From Octopus sinensis (Eukaryota), in assembly GCF_006345805.1 (NCBI RefSeq), contig NC_042999.1, positions 19,840,001 to 19,904,000 of the forward strand: 64,000 nt of DNA, read 5' to 3'. Position numbers and translations under genes: made by a program. Below, one piece after another: positions 51,050 through 64,000 of the stretch. The notes under the pieces are model-generated. The model ran no database searches, was not told where the DNA came from, and saw nothing but the letters and a program-made list of their open reading frames with translations. Each line of letters starts with the position of its first letter. Positions within the stretch are counted from its first letter, which is position 1.

Positions 51050-52448
51050 CACTACTATCCAAAAGTTTAAGATCACCTGCAAAAGTTTGTTTCAAAGTTA
51101 AATTTTTAGTTCAATGTTATCAATAGGCGCAGGTGTGGCTGTGTGGTAAGTAGCTTGCTTAGCATTCACATTGTTCCGGGTTCAGTCCCACTGCATGGCA
51201 CCTTGGGCAAGTGTCTTCTACTATAGCTTCGGGCTGACCAAAGCCTTGTGAGTTGATTTGGTAGATGGAAACTGAAAGAAGCTCGTCGTATATATATATA
51301 TATATATATATAGGTGTGTGTGTGTGTGTGTTTGTGTGTCTGTGTTTGTCACCCCAACAACGCTTGACAACCGATGATGCTGTGTTTACGTCCCTGTAAC
51401 TTAGCGGTTCGGCGAAAGTGACCTGAATAATAATAATAACAACAACATCGAAAAATACCTCAGGAATAAGAACCCAGGTTCAAAATTTCCCCAAGACACC
51501 TGATGAAGGCTGGTGGGTATATCAGCCGAAACGTATTAACAAACAAGATGAGGACAAATATCCATCAAATGTAAATAATGTACATAATTCTTCATCTCTT
51601 AAATATAGAACGAATATTTATTTCTTTATTGCTCACATGGGGCTAAACATAGAGGAGACAAACAAGGACAGACAAAGGGATTAAATCGATTACATAGACC
51701 TCAGTGTATAACTGGTACTTATTTAAATGACCCCAAAAGGATGAATGGCAAAGTCGACATGGGAGTAATTTGAACTCAGAATGTAATGGCAGATGAAATA
51801 CCATTAAGCATTTTGCCCATCATGCTAACGATTCTGCCAGCTTGCCGCCCTAATAGGGAAACAGGAATATTGAGCCAAAACGGGTGTCACTCTATCCTAC
51901 AGTGTCACGCCATTCCATCTGGGACAAGGCTGATTGGTGATAATTTCGTGCTGATGCCAGATAACGATTCTAAACATACTTCTAAGCTATGCAAAAACTA
52001 TTCACAAAAGAAAATGGTTGAAAGAAAGCTGAGTGTGTTTGAATGGCTAGCTCAATCCCACGACTGCAATCCCATAAATATTGTGTCGGATCAACTGGAT
52101 CACAGAATCAGAAAGCGACAACCATGTTGTGCAGAAATCCTCTGGATATTATTACAAGAAGAGTGGTGAAATATTACCAGGAAATATTTGCTTGCATTGG
52201 TCAAAAGAATGCCCAGAGTATGCTCCACAGTGATCAAGGCCAACGGCAGATATTTTTATGAGTCGAAGTTTTTAAAGTTTTTCTATGATTTTTCCACAGT
52301 TTTGTTTAGTTGCTGAGTTGATTTTATCATCGAATGATTGTAACGATACATTAATAAAGTATTTCACCAGAATCTCTAAGTAATTTCCATTTTGTAGATG
52401 TTTTTTGCAAAATAAGTTTAGGTGATCTTAAACTTTTGGATAATATTG
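51050..52448 (+). mobile_element. Internally deleted Tc1-like transposon with nested insertions
   Basis: TA-flanked TIRs CACTACTATCCAAAAGTTTAAGATCACCT and AGGTGATCTTAAACTTTTGGATAATATTG. DDE remnant at 51860-52240: FVLMPDNDSKHTSK...EWLAQSHDCNPI...LQEEW...KRMPRVCSTVIKANG. Confidence 0.9.
51423..51610 (+). mobile_element. Penelope-like pLTR fragment with a degenerate hammerhead (51495-51540)
   Basis: GACAC-CTGATGA-AGGCTG-GTGGGTATAT-CAGCC-GAAAC-GTA. The 3' strand of stem I is not restored. Confidence 0.5.
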
Positions 52449-53139
52449 TATGTGTGTGTATATATATATAATCAAAATAAGCAACAAAGATATCCAAGAT
52501 AGCGTAGTACAATTGTTTCATGCTACTTCATTTTATTAAACACTGTAAGTATTACATCAGTTTTAAAATGTCGAGCAATCTTCAGCCACATATAGAATTT
52601 TTCAATTAAACTGACAATGCATGTTCTTATACATTTGCCAGCATTTGATTTATACGGATAATACCATACTAAATTCTGGTGCCTTTAACTTAAGTACCAT
52701 ATTCATCTGAATCTAAATTTTGCTGAAAATAAATAAATATATATATATACATACACACACACACACACACACACAGACATTCCTATTTTCCTCAAAACTT
52801 GTTTTCTTTACTATTCTAACAAGAGACCTCCTCTTTTCTTGTTATTGCACTTTGCTTTTGTCTGTGTTCACCAATCACGTCTGCTCGGATACACCCCAAA
52901 AGCCATTGTTGCGAACATCTCTAAACAGAACTACACTGTTGTAGAAATTGTGATACATGATTGATAATTGATAAGGTCTTGAGCATCTATGCATCTATTG
53001 TATGGGCTCCTTTAATCTTTATTTACTGTGCTTATCTAGCTTCTCTTTAAATTCCTTTGTGTGTCTGTCTGTTGCTACATTTTTATTATGAACACATAAG
53101 TGTATATCAGTGAATGTTAGACCCCTACATAGTTTACAT

Positions 53140-53300
53140 TACTAAATAGTCAGAAAACAGCACAGCTCCCATGACTTTCGGAAATATTTTTTCATGCTAA
53201 GAGTTGCTGAAGCATGGAACAAACTGCCAGCATCAGTTGTTAGCTGTCGGAGCATCCTTCAAAATTTCCTTGCTTCCTGAGATTCACCAATACTACACCG
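53140..53300 (+). mobile_element. CR1-type LINE 3' ORF remnant
   Basis: Translates DFRKYFFMLRVAEAWNKLPASVVSC, the typical CR1 C-terminal FF..RV...WN.LP motif. Confidence 0.75.
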
Positions 53301-53462
53301 TTCCATGCTAGCATGGGTTGGACTTATGACTGAGGGCTGGCGAACCAGATGGCTGCACCAGGCTTCAATCTTGATCTGGCAGAGTTTCTACTGTTGGATG
53401 CCCTTCCTAACACCAACCAGCTGTAGAAACTCTGACAGATCAAGATTGAAGCCTATTATTAC

Positions 53463-53523
<61 letters not shown>

Positions 53524-54363
53524 GAACAAAATATTATTCACAATAAATTGATAAATTCATGGACATGGAAATAAACTTTCCCCTATAACAAACCGCATTG
53601 TTATCAAACCCAAAACTATGTAGCTGCAAAGACAAAATTCTTTACCATACAGCCATGCCTGCATCGAGCATGTGCATATTTTGATATACATATTTACTTG
53701 TGTCAACATGCATATACATGCATGAATTTATCTCGTGCTCTCTCTCCATAACAAAGAAAATATTAGTCAGATGACAGTTCTGTGGTTGTCTATCAAAAAA
53801 GACCACAACTGTCAAATGAATATCAAGGCCCTGACTACCACACTGATATAAATGTAAAACGAATATTGATCATGCATGCCGTGTATTGATTATGCTGTCA
53901 TACATGTCCTTGAAGTAAATTTTCTATCAAAGTTATTTAAATTATGAAGGGCAGATTATGGATTTCATAGAACCATATAGCGATCAGGTAGCAAAACAAT
54001 AAGATGCTTAGAAGTGTTGTTAGTAACAATGACAAAAGCATGTGAGGAGTACAAAGCAACCGTGAAGAATCTCCATCGTAGTAGAACGATTATTTGTTGA
54101 AGAAGATTGCAAAGCATTGTTTAGGAACCAAAGGAAAAATCTAGAATGAAGACAGCAATTTTTTATGGAAAAGTAATTGACGCAACCAAGAAAATTATTT
54201 GAGATATCTTTTTAGTCTTTGAGTTAATTTTGTAACTTTCTGCAAATTAAGAATTAAGAAATATATATTCTGAGTTCTATATTTACAATGACAGAGGAAA
54301 GATAAAGATGAGAGAACATTGTGAAGTATACCAAGAGCTAAAAAGCATAAAAAACAAAACGAA

Positions 54364-54755
54364 GCACAGGAGTGGCTGTGTGGTAAGTAGCTTGCTTACC
54401 AACCACATGGTTCCGGGTTTAGTCCCACTGCGTGGCACCTTGGGCAAGTGTCTTCTGCTATAGCCCCGGGCCGACCAATGCCTTGTGAGTGGATTTCGTA
54501 GACGGAAACTGAAAGAAGCCTGTCGTATATATGTATATATATATATGTATGTGTGTGTGTTTGTCCCCCTAGCATTGCTTGACAACCGAGGCTGGTGTGT
54601 TTACGTCCCCGTCACTTAGCGGTTCGGCAATAAGAGACTGATAGAATAAGTACTGGGCTTACAAAGAATAAGTCCCGGGGTCGATTTGCTCGACTAAAGG
54701 CGGTGCTCCAGCATGGCCGCAGTCAAATGACTGAAACAAGTAAAAGAGAGAGAGT
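54364..54755 (+). mobile_element. Full-length, young-looking family C SINE
   Basis: All segments present with many CpGs retained. Confidence 0.9.
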
Positions 54756-55381
54756 AAGCTTAAATGTGTTTGCAGGTGGAGGTGGAAATAGTTAGGGCCT
54801 CTTCAGGTCATGGTTACCTAAGCGGATATGTTGTCATGGTTTTAGGAGAAGCAAAACGGAACAGATATGCACACATGCAATAAGGATTTATGTACACACA
54901 TAGATACATACAGACATACACTCATACGGAAACATACAAGCATATATAAATATATACATACACACACAAAAAACATGGGTGTATGTATATAATCATATAC
55001 ATTCCTATATATGCATGCCACTGGATACATGCATAGCAACAACTCAGTAATTAAGAAAATTTATATATATATATATATAAAGATTTTATTGGTGTTTCAT
55101 AATTTCATTCTAAGTTCCACAGCTGTAGAACTGAGAATAAAATTATGAAATATCAATGAACTCTTTTCGTTTTTTCTTTTATTGTAAATATTTTGCTCTG
55201 AACATTTGTCGTAGTCAATTTATTTATATGCAAAAACACATTCCGTCTATGATTATTGCATTGAAGTATTAATAGACGAAAGTTTAATGACTTGTTAAAA
55301 ATTGAGTTCTTAAATTCATGGGATATAGTTTCATAGTGTTTAAGCACTAATTCGATCCCTCTCTCACTCTCTCTCTAAAAA

Positions 55382-55463
<82 letters not shown>

Positions 55464-55604
55464 ACATAAGGATAAGATCGTTAATTTAAATTAAATATCG
55501 ATCTTATCAAGTGGCCAGCATGGGAATAAAAACCTTCAAAGGTAATAATTATTATTAAAATTATAATTTAGGGTATCTTTTAGATACCCTAAATTATAAT
55601 TTTA

Positions 55605-55648
<44 letters not shown>

Positions 55649-55772
55649 TATATATATCCAACCCTTCTAATATATATATATATATATAATATATATATAT
55701 ATATTATATTAAATTAGAGACAAAACCACTATTATGCAAATCAAACAATGAAAGACTTAAGCCAATACATGA

Positions 55773-55814
<42 letters not shown>

Positions 55815-55994
55815 ATATACATCACAGGCTTCTTTCAGTTTCCATCTATCAAATCCACTCACAAGGCTTTAGTCAGCCTGAGGCTATAGTAAAGACACTT
55901 GTACTTGGTGCTACATAGTGGGACTGAACCTGAAGCCATGTGATTAGGAAGCAAGCTTCTTACCATAAAGCCACTCCTGCTCCTATTTAATATT

Positions 55995-56350
55995 AACATC
56001 ATCATTGCTATTGTTGTCCCATTTTCCATGCTGGCATGGGTTGGAGGGTTTCTTTCTGTGCTGGCAAGCTTGAAAGTTGCACCTGGCTCCAATCTGATTT
56101 ATCAAGGTGTCTACAACTGAATGCCCTTACTTTACACAGAGTTTGCTGGGTGCTTTTACATGTCATCTCACGAGCACCCCGATGTGGCACTGGAACATAT
56201 GCTTTTCACATAACACCAGTACAAGTGTCTTGCATTCCAACCATCTTCACCAGGGGGAGTGGCCTAATCGCTTCTGCTCTGTGGCATGGGTCTTCTTGTG
56301 TACAGTAAGGCACCAGGCATCTTGGTCCTCTATCATCTCGTCTAAAAGGT
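55995..56350 (-). mobile_element. Family M copy extending into an RTE-like ORF end
   Basis: 5' extension translates LMMLNLLDEMIEDQDAWCLTVHKKT, similar to RTE ORF termini. Confidence 0.6.
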
Positions 56351-56389
56351 TCAGCATCATGAGGTCGTTCTTCAGCACTTCATCTTTTG

Positions 56390-56995
56390 TCTTATTTCTT
56401 TACTGCCCACAAGGAGCTACACACAGAAGGGACAAACAAGGCCATACAAATGGATTGAGTCTATTATATTGACCCCAGTGCATAACTGGTACTTATTTAA
56501 TAGACCCCGAAAGGATGAAAGGCAAAGTTGACCTCGGCGGAATTTGAACTCAGAACATAGCGACAGACGAAATACTTATTTCTATTTCTTTACTACCCAC
56601 AAAGGGGATAAACACAGAAGGGACAAACAAGGACAGACAAACGGATTGAGTTGATTATATCGATCCCAGTGCGTAACTGGTACTTATTTAATCGACCCCG
56701 AAAAGATGAAAGGCAAAGTCAACCACGGCAGAATCTGAACTCAGAACGTAGCGGCAGACGAAACACCTATTTTTTACTGCCCACAAGGGCTAAACACAGA
56801 GAGGACAAACAAGGACAGACAAACGGATTGAGTCGATTATATCGATCCCAGTGCATAACTGGTACTTATTTAATCGACCCCGAAAGGATGAAAGGCAAAG
56901 TCAACCTCAGCGGAATTTGAACTCAGAACGTAATGGCATACGAAATACCGCTAAGTATTTTGCCCGGCGTGCTAACATTTCTGCCAGCTTGCCGC
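56390..56995 (-). mobile_element. Family N SINE with three tandem body units
   Basis: Same architecture as 12654-13255. Confidence 0.85.
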
Positions 56996-57657
56996 TTTTG
57001 TGTTCTTGGGTCTTCATCCTTTGTCTTCTTGGGTCTCCCCACTTCCACGTGTTCCAGCTTCTTTGTATCCCATTTCTACCTGTTCCTTGACTTACCTGTC
57101 ATAGCTGACAGATAAGAGTACTGAAATTTCTTATTGAATAATCTTCTCAGATGATTTGTTGGTAATTAATCAAATGTTTGTGCAGTTCATTAGTATTCTT
57201 CTTCTATCAAATTAATGTCTTGACAGATGAATAGTATGCTACACATCAGAAGTCGAAGTGATCGTACTATAACATAAGATGAAGAATTTTGCTTAAGAAT
57301 GCAACTCATTGCCCGGTCTGGGATTTGAAACTCCAATCTCATAATTATGAATGCAACACTCTAAGCACTAGGGCCACATGCTCTCTCTCTCTCAATTTAT
57401 TTATCTATCTATCTATTTATCTATCTTATTTCTTTATAACCCACAATGGGCTAAATATTGAGGGGACAAACAAGGACAGACAATGGGATTGAGTCGATTA
57501 CATCGACCCCAGTGCTTAACTGGTACACAATTTATCAACCCCGAAAGGATGAAAGGCAAAGTCGACCTCAGCAGAATTTGAATTCAGAATGTACCGGCAG
57601 ACAAAATACTGGTAAGCATTTCGCTCAGTGTGCTAACGTTTCTGCCAATCGCCACCG

Positions 57658-57796
<139 letters not shown>

Positions 57797-57881
57797 CTTT
57801 CTTTACTTGTTTTACAGGCCGACCAAAGCCTTGTGAGTGGATTTGGCTGACGGAAACTGCAAAAAACCTATCGTATATATG

Positions 57882-57930
<49 letters not shown>

Positions 57931-58165
57931 GTGTGTATATGTTTGTGTCTGTGTTTGTCCCCCCCCCAACATCACTTGACAACCGATGCTTGTGTGTTTA
58001 CGTCCCCGTAACTTAGCGGTTCGGCAAAAGAGAGCAAAGAGTAACCGCTGGTTTAAGTGATACCAAGTAATATGAGTGTTCTGATGGCGCAGAAGCAGAA
58101 GATATGAAGGAAAAAGATGAAATTTTTTTAAAGAGACAGAAACCAACAGAAGATGACAAAGAAGG

Positions 58166-58740
58166 CAGCGAGCTGGCCGAAGCGTTAGCACACCGGTCGA
58201 AATGCTTAGTGGTATTTCATCTGCGGTTACGTTCTGAGTTCAAATTCCGCCGAGATCGACTTTGCCTTTCATCCTTTCGGGGTCGATTAAATAAGTACCA
58301 GTTACACACTGGAGTCGATGTAATTGACTTAATCCGTTTTTCTGTCCTTGTTTGTCCTCTCTGTGGGTAGTAAAGAAATAGGTATTTCGTCTGCGGTTAC
58401 GTTCTGAGTTCAAATACCGCCGAGGTCGACTTTGCCTTTCATCCTTTCGGGGTCGATTAAATAAGTACCAGTTACGCACTGGGGTCAATATAATCGACTT
58501 AATCCGTTTTTCTGTCCTTGTTTGTCCTCTCTGTGTTTAGCCCCTTGTGGGTAGTAAAGAAATAGGTATTTCGTCTGTGGCTACGTTTTGAGTTCAAATT
58601 CTGCTGAGGTCGACTTTGCCTTTCATCCTTTTGGGGTCGATTAAATAAGTACCAGTTACACACTGGGGTCGATGTAATCGACTTAATCCGTTTTTCTGTC
58701 CTTGTTTGTCCTCTCTATGTGTAACCGCTTGTAGGCAGTA
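58166..58740 (+). mobile_element. Family N SINE with tandem body units
   Basis: Same architecture as 12654-13255. Confidence 0.85.
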
Positions 58741-60146
58741 AGGAAATAAGAAGATGACAAAGATCTGCAACAAATGGTAAGATATGGTAGAGAAAATCTG
58801 ACCATGCCATGCAAGCATGGAAAAGGGAACATAAATTGACAATGAGGTTGATATAATATTTCATTAATAATTAGAACATTGAGTAAAACGATTAAAATTA
58901 ACAATATAGTACACAATGAACATTGTATATTGCAGTAGCGTGACTTTAATGCTATTCTTTAGTTGAAATCTATATATATTATCTTTTGACTAAATGAACT
59001 TTTACCTTGAAGAAAATCTTCAGTTGTTGTAAACATGTAAATATGCCCAAAGAATTCAATACAGAGAAAACAAACAATTCCATACCAAATATAGCAACAA
59101 TAGTCAATATGACATTTAATATTGTGGAATTATTATCATAAATACTTGTAGAAATTTGCAGCCAGATTAATTTAGAAAATGAAAATAGTTTATTTATGTT
59201 GGAAGTGCATGACTGATATCAACGAGATACAAGTTCTGTATATAAGGAACTATTTTATGTATTCTGTCTACTTAATTGATATTTATGCATGTCTGTCATT
59301 GTTCAGTTTATTTCAAGATTTCTTGCCAATAGAGAAGGAGTCGGTTTCTAACCTAGATCCAAGTCTCCTTCACAGGAATTTCAACATCAACAACAGAGTA
59401 TTTTTATTTGTATGTATTTATTCTTGTTGTCATATTAAGCAGCAGAAATGACTAGGAAGAATGGAATCCCAGTCCCTTCAGTCCTGCCCCTTCTTACGCC
59501 ACTTCTTATGCTGGTCCCTGCCACCCAGTCGCAGTGAGATTTACTAGTTAACTCATAGCTGGGACCTTTACAGGTGCTGCCACTCTGGGGTAGAGTAGGT
59601 CTGGGAATGATAGTGGCTAAGAGGTGATTCCACACTCAGCAAACCCTAAAACCAGGGCCGAAGGGTCCCCACCACTGGATGTAGTTTAGAGTCATACCCA
59701 GGACAATGTAAGTGCCCTAGTCCATTCTTCTCGTCTGCAACCAGAAACGGTTAAAAGAAAGCAAAAAAAAAACAGGCACAGAAGTGGCTGTGTGGTAAGT
59801 AGCTTGCTTACCAACCACATGATTCTGGGTTCATTCCCACCGCGTGGCACCTTGGGCAAGTGTCTTCTACTATAGCCTCGGGCTGACCAAAGACTTGTGA
59901 GTAGATTTGGTAGACGGAAACAGAAAAAAGCCCGTTGCATATATATATATATATATATATAGATATATATCAGTGGCGTGTGTTGACTTCCGGGGTTGGG
60001 CATGCAATGAATTTCTTTGTCCCCACCCCCACCCCCACCCCAGCAACTTTTCAGTAAAAAATTTTCGAATTCCTACGATTTACATATGGGAGATTCTGAA
60101 TATGCAATCACCCCCGTATGACCTAGAATAAAAATAACGTCGCCCT

Positions 60147-60406
60147 GGTACTATTTAAGAAGAGTGGTCCCGTTGCGCGCGCTCGCGCATCCACGCTGGC
60201 TAGTCGTGACTAGTCGATCCTATGACTATCTAGCAAAGTAAATAAATTTTTTAAACAAAATATATAAAACACAAAATCACAAAGTAAATAATGTTTTAAA
60301 CAAAGTAAATAAAACACAAAAACACAAAGTAAGGATCGACTAGTCACGACTAGCTGGCGTGGATGCTCGGGTGCGCGCACCGGGACCACTCTTCTTAAAT
60401 AGTACC
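60147..60406. mobile_element. MITE with GC-rich TIRs of about 75 bp and an A-rich centre
   Basis: GGTACTATTTAAGAAGAGTGGTCCCG...CTAGTCGATCCT and its reverse complement. Confidence 0.75.
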
Positions 60407-60526
60407 CATGATTTTTAAATAGTTTGCAATACTCATCAAATTTGTTAAAATTCGAAAGTTCCATGAATTTAAACTCTTCTAAGAATGAATATCGTGCTTT
60501 TATTTGGTCAACTATTGTACTGATAA

Positions 60527-60910
60527 TCTCTCTCTATATAAACGGCAGTTTGTCTGTGTGTGTTTCTGTGTGTCTGTTTGCTTGTACCCTCACCCTGACC
60601 ACGGCTTTCAACCGATTCTGATGAAACTTGACACACACATAGCCCAATGTCATAATTCAAAACTAACGCAGCGAAAATTTTGAAAAGTTCCCCCAGTTCT
60701 GAAAAAAATCGATAAATTCGACATGGGGTCGAGAATCAGAAACACAAACCGCAAACTGTCTAGGGGACGCAACTCCACCTTTTTTTACTCTCAAAAAAAA
60801 TTTACCATCATTTTTTTCCATCTTTTTGCTATTTTTTGGCTATAACTCTCTAAAAATGCTTTATAGTTATTTCCCTTACAAACCTGAGCAACGCCGGGCG
60901 ATACTGCTAG
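60527..60910 (+). mobile_element. Non-autonomous Helitron nested in the hAT
   Basis: Near-identical to 34064-34446, with A|TC and CTAG|T ends. Confidence 0.8.
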
Positions 60911-63644
60911 TTTTGTTATAAAGCATTTTATAATGTCGTTGGGGCTCAATAGATATATTCTTGGATTTCTGAATTCCGATTCCTCCATATTTTTCCCCTA
61001 ACATATGAAAGATTGAAAAATTATCAAGTTTGTTTTCGAGTACAGTTCTAGTTTTATCTATTTGCTCTTTACAATACACTGTCATGACTTTTACTCTGGA
61101 GGATGTTAAATAAGACGTCAGTAAAAGAAAAAAATCTCACTGAATACTTCTAACAAAAATAAGAAATCAGGAGCTTTTAAAGTGTGTAAGAATCCAATTG
61201 CTGAATTTATGGTGGTATCATCCCATGCTTCAGGGTTTTCAATGATGTGCTCAAAAAGGTTGATTATGAAATTATAATTTTCCTTTGTGGTAATAATAAG
61301 CTGTAAGGAGTAATTCCATTGCTGTTGCCTTCGGAAATCTTTTTTTAACAATGTATATAATGCATTAGCCCTTTTCGGTGATTTCGTAAAAAATGTACTC
61401 AGTCCGTTTATTGTACAAAAAAATATCTTGCATTCTTTCATAGCAGAGCATGATTGTAAAAGAACTAAATTTAGGATATGGGCACAACAATGAATAAAGA
61501 TCGCACATTCATATTTCTTTTTTACTTTTGCCTGTAACCCATTTAATTGTCCTGCCATTGTAGTGGCACCGTTATAGGTTTGTGCAATCAATTTGTTTTC
61601 ACGTTTCCACAATTCAATGCATTTAAAAACATGTTCAAATAAAGCATTTGCAGATCGATCTGTACTAACATCACTAAAACCGATAAATCGTTCTTTCGTC
61701 ACACAGTCTTCTGTAACATAACGTAAAACTGTTTACAGTTTTGAAGATGCTGAGGCATCAGATGTCTTATCAACAAAAATAGAAACAAACTTAGCTTGCT
61801 CGATTTCCTTTTGCATCTCATTCAACATAACTTTATGAATTGCATCGATCAAGTCATTTTGAATTCTGTTTGACAGGCCGGTGAAGATAGAAGCTGTATC
61901 TAGATGACTTTCCATTTTTTGTCATATTTACTGATTACATATACGAGTTCTTTATAATTTCCACTATTATTAGAGCCTTCAGATTCAAAATGACCCCAAA
62001 ACGATAATTCCTGGAAGCCTAAAAAAATAACAACATCGATCAATCGTTGCAGAATGGATCTGTTTCGTCTGACTTTCTCATTATGATGTTGTATGCATCT
62101 AATTGTAAGTCTATGCGAACATTCTCGAATATTTTAAGATCTATCAAAGATTTTATATGCCTTTGAGAACGCTTGTGCTTTAACATAGCCATATGTAAAT
62201 TATTTAATTCATCATAGCCTTGTGGGTATCATGCGGTCATCTCAAAGCATGACTTCTCAAAGCGGAAGTACGAGTCACTGAGAGAGAAGAAGGGGAGACA
62301 AAATATTTCCAAAACAACTGGACGGATTTTCTTTGAAACAAAGTAACTATTTTATCTAATTTTCCGATGATATGGATAAAAAATCACAGGGCATGCAATG
62401 CATACCTTGCATACCTGACAGTGCACGCGCCTGATATATATATGTATGTATGTGTGTGTATATGTTTGTGTGTCTTTGTCCCCCAACATCACTTGACAAC
62501 CAATGCTGGTGTGTTTACGTCCACGTAACTTGGCGGTTCGGCAAAAGAGACCGATAGAATAAGTACTAGGCTTACAAAGAATAAGTCCTGGGGGTCGATT
62601 TGCTCGACTAAAGGCAGTGCTCCAGCGTAGTCGCAGTCAAGTGACTGAAACAATTAAAAGAGTAAAAGAGTGAAAGAGTTGAAAATGGTATCAAGAAGGA
62701 ACTGAAAGCAAGTTGTGTACTTTGTTGGCTTTCAATCAATCGCTTTCCATTTTGTTCCCCTATAACGATGATGATGATGATCATGATGATGATGACAACA
62801 GAAATTATTAGACATATAGGAAGATAGACGAGGTGGGAGCATGGATTAACTGCAAATAAAATAATGGCTTACATCAACATCAACAACATCAACATCAACA
62901 ACAACAACAGCAACATGGGTTCAAACATTGCGAAAGGAGGAGGATGGAAAGCAGAGATGCTGTAAATGAAAACTCCAAAAAAAAAAGAAAAAAATCGGAA
63001 AAAAAGAAGCAAAACAACTAAAGTACTAAATGAAATGGAATAAAACAGACTAGAGTAATCTAGAAAATGAAGCAAGCATCAGCTACTGACAGTTTAAATC
63101 CATTATCAAAGTAGGAGGTCAGTAGCATCATGTTTTCATTCTATCTGTTTCTTATTTTGTTTTGTTATTATTATTTTTTTTTTCTGATATGTTTTCCATT
63201 GTTATTCTTTCTTTTTTTTTTTTTTTTTTGCTTTCCATTTGTTGGTATTTAGTAGTTTGGTAGGCAGTTTATTCTGTAGGTCGTACTTCTAAGTATATTG
63301 TATTCCCCCCTTTTTTTTTTGCTGTATTTATTATTATATTCTATGGAGAAAAAATGTTGTCATTAATTTATGTACTAAATTTCGGTGGGTTTTAAAAACA
63401 AATTAAAGAAATAATAAATAATTTGCATAGCATAATAGATTTCTAATTGGTAACATTGATTTTACTGCGGTGTTAGTTTTCCAGTCTATTAACCTCTAAC
63501 TTTATGTTAGTATCAACACTACTAAATTTTGATTGGAATGTATCCCCCGGTGAGCTTTAATGAACGATATTCCTGAAATGCTAGAAATAGCAACTAAATC
63601 TCACCCAAATTCACAACCTAATACCTCAGGAAAATTTCCTTGAT

Positions 63645-63802
63645 GTAAGTGGTAAGTAGCTTGTTTACCAACCACATGGTTCCGGGTTCAGCCCCACTGC
63701 GTGGCACCTTGAGCAAGTGTCTTCTACTAGAGCCTCGGGTCGACCAAAGCCTTGTGAGTGGATTTCGTCGACGGAAACTGAAAGAAGCCCATCGTATATA
63801 TG

Positions 63803-63833
<31 letters not shown>

Positions 63834-64000
63834 ATGTTCGTGTGTCTGTGTTTGTCCCCCCTCCTCAACATCGCTTGACAACTGATGCTGGTGTGTTTAA
63901 GTTGCCGTAACTTAGCAGTTCGGCAAAAGCGACTGATAGAATAAGTACTAGGCTTACAAAGAATAAGTTCTGGGGTCGATTTGCTCCAGCATGGCCACAG
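63645..64000 (+). mobile_element. Family C SINE running to the window end
   Basis: Family motifs. Confidence 0.85.

Larger units (their letters stand above)
59971..62433 (-). mobile_element. Decayed hAT transposon (DUF4371/ZMYM1-like transposase) inserted in the (TA)n of a family C SINE
   Basis: Imperfect TIRs CAGTGGCGTG / CAGGCGCGTG and ATATATAT on both sides (an 8-bp TSD, though ambiguous in a microsatellite). ORF pieces SNRIQNDLI...VDKTSD...KERFIGF...QTYNGATTMAGQLNGLQ...FIHCCAHILNLVL. The host SINE is split into 59775-59970 and 62434-62680. Confidence 0.85.

Noticed and set aside
57096-57120. Candidate 25-nt minus-strand micro-exon (TTTCAG acceptor, GTAAGT donor)
   Set aside because: Weak pyrimidine tract, no partner exons and no homology. 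Expected by chance in 64 kb.
62869-63075. Poly-Q/H plus Lys-rich frame on the plus strand
   Set aside because: Bounded by stops with no splice acceptor. It derives from CAA/CAT repeats and A-runs.

Overview
This is an AT-rich, repeat-saturated animal genomic window. The SINE repertoire, (GAT)n-tailed RTE ends and microsatellite load suggest a coleoid cephalopod, probably Octopus; that assignment is inference. I found no recognisable host protein-coding exon, true tRNA/rRNA gene or CRISPR array, and almost all listed ORFs come from microsatellites or repeats. Supported transposon content: a decayed R4/Dong-clade RLE retrotransposon (1-2570, minus) next to a (TAA)n tract, an L1/Tx1-like 3' fragment, RTE and CR1 3' ends, mariner, Tc1 and hAT relics, and three non-autonomous Helitrons. 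There are also TTAA-flanked piggyBac-type MITEs (single and in tandem arrays), several foldback elements, four or more tRNA-derived SINE families and a 22-bp minisatellite. The most notable signal is hammerhead ribozyme (HHR) motifs of the Penelope/retrozyme type in four unrelated repeat sequences. Three co-oriented, apparently intact type I HHRs lie inside serial palindromes at 6.3-7.7 kb, and two of them would excise a 331-nt almost fully rod-like RNA. Decayed HHRs occur at 15.6, 40.5 and 51.5 kb, two of them in inverted repeats. The 6-8.3 kb mirror duplications may be partly an assembly or fold-back artefact and need read-level checking.
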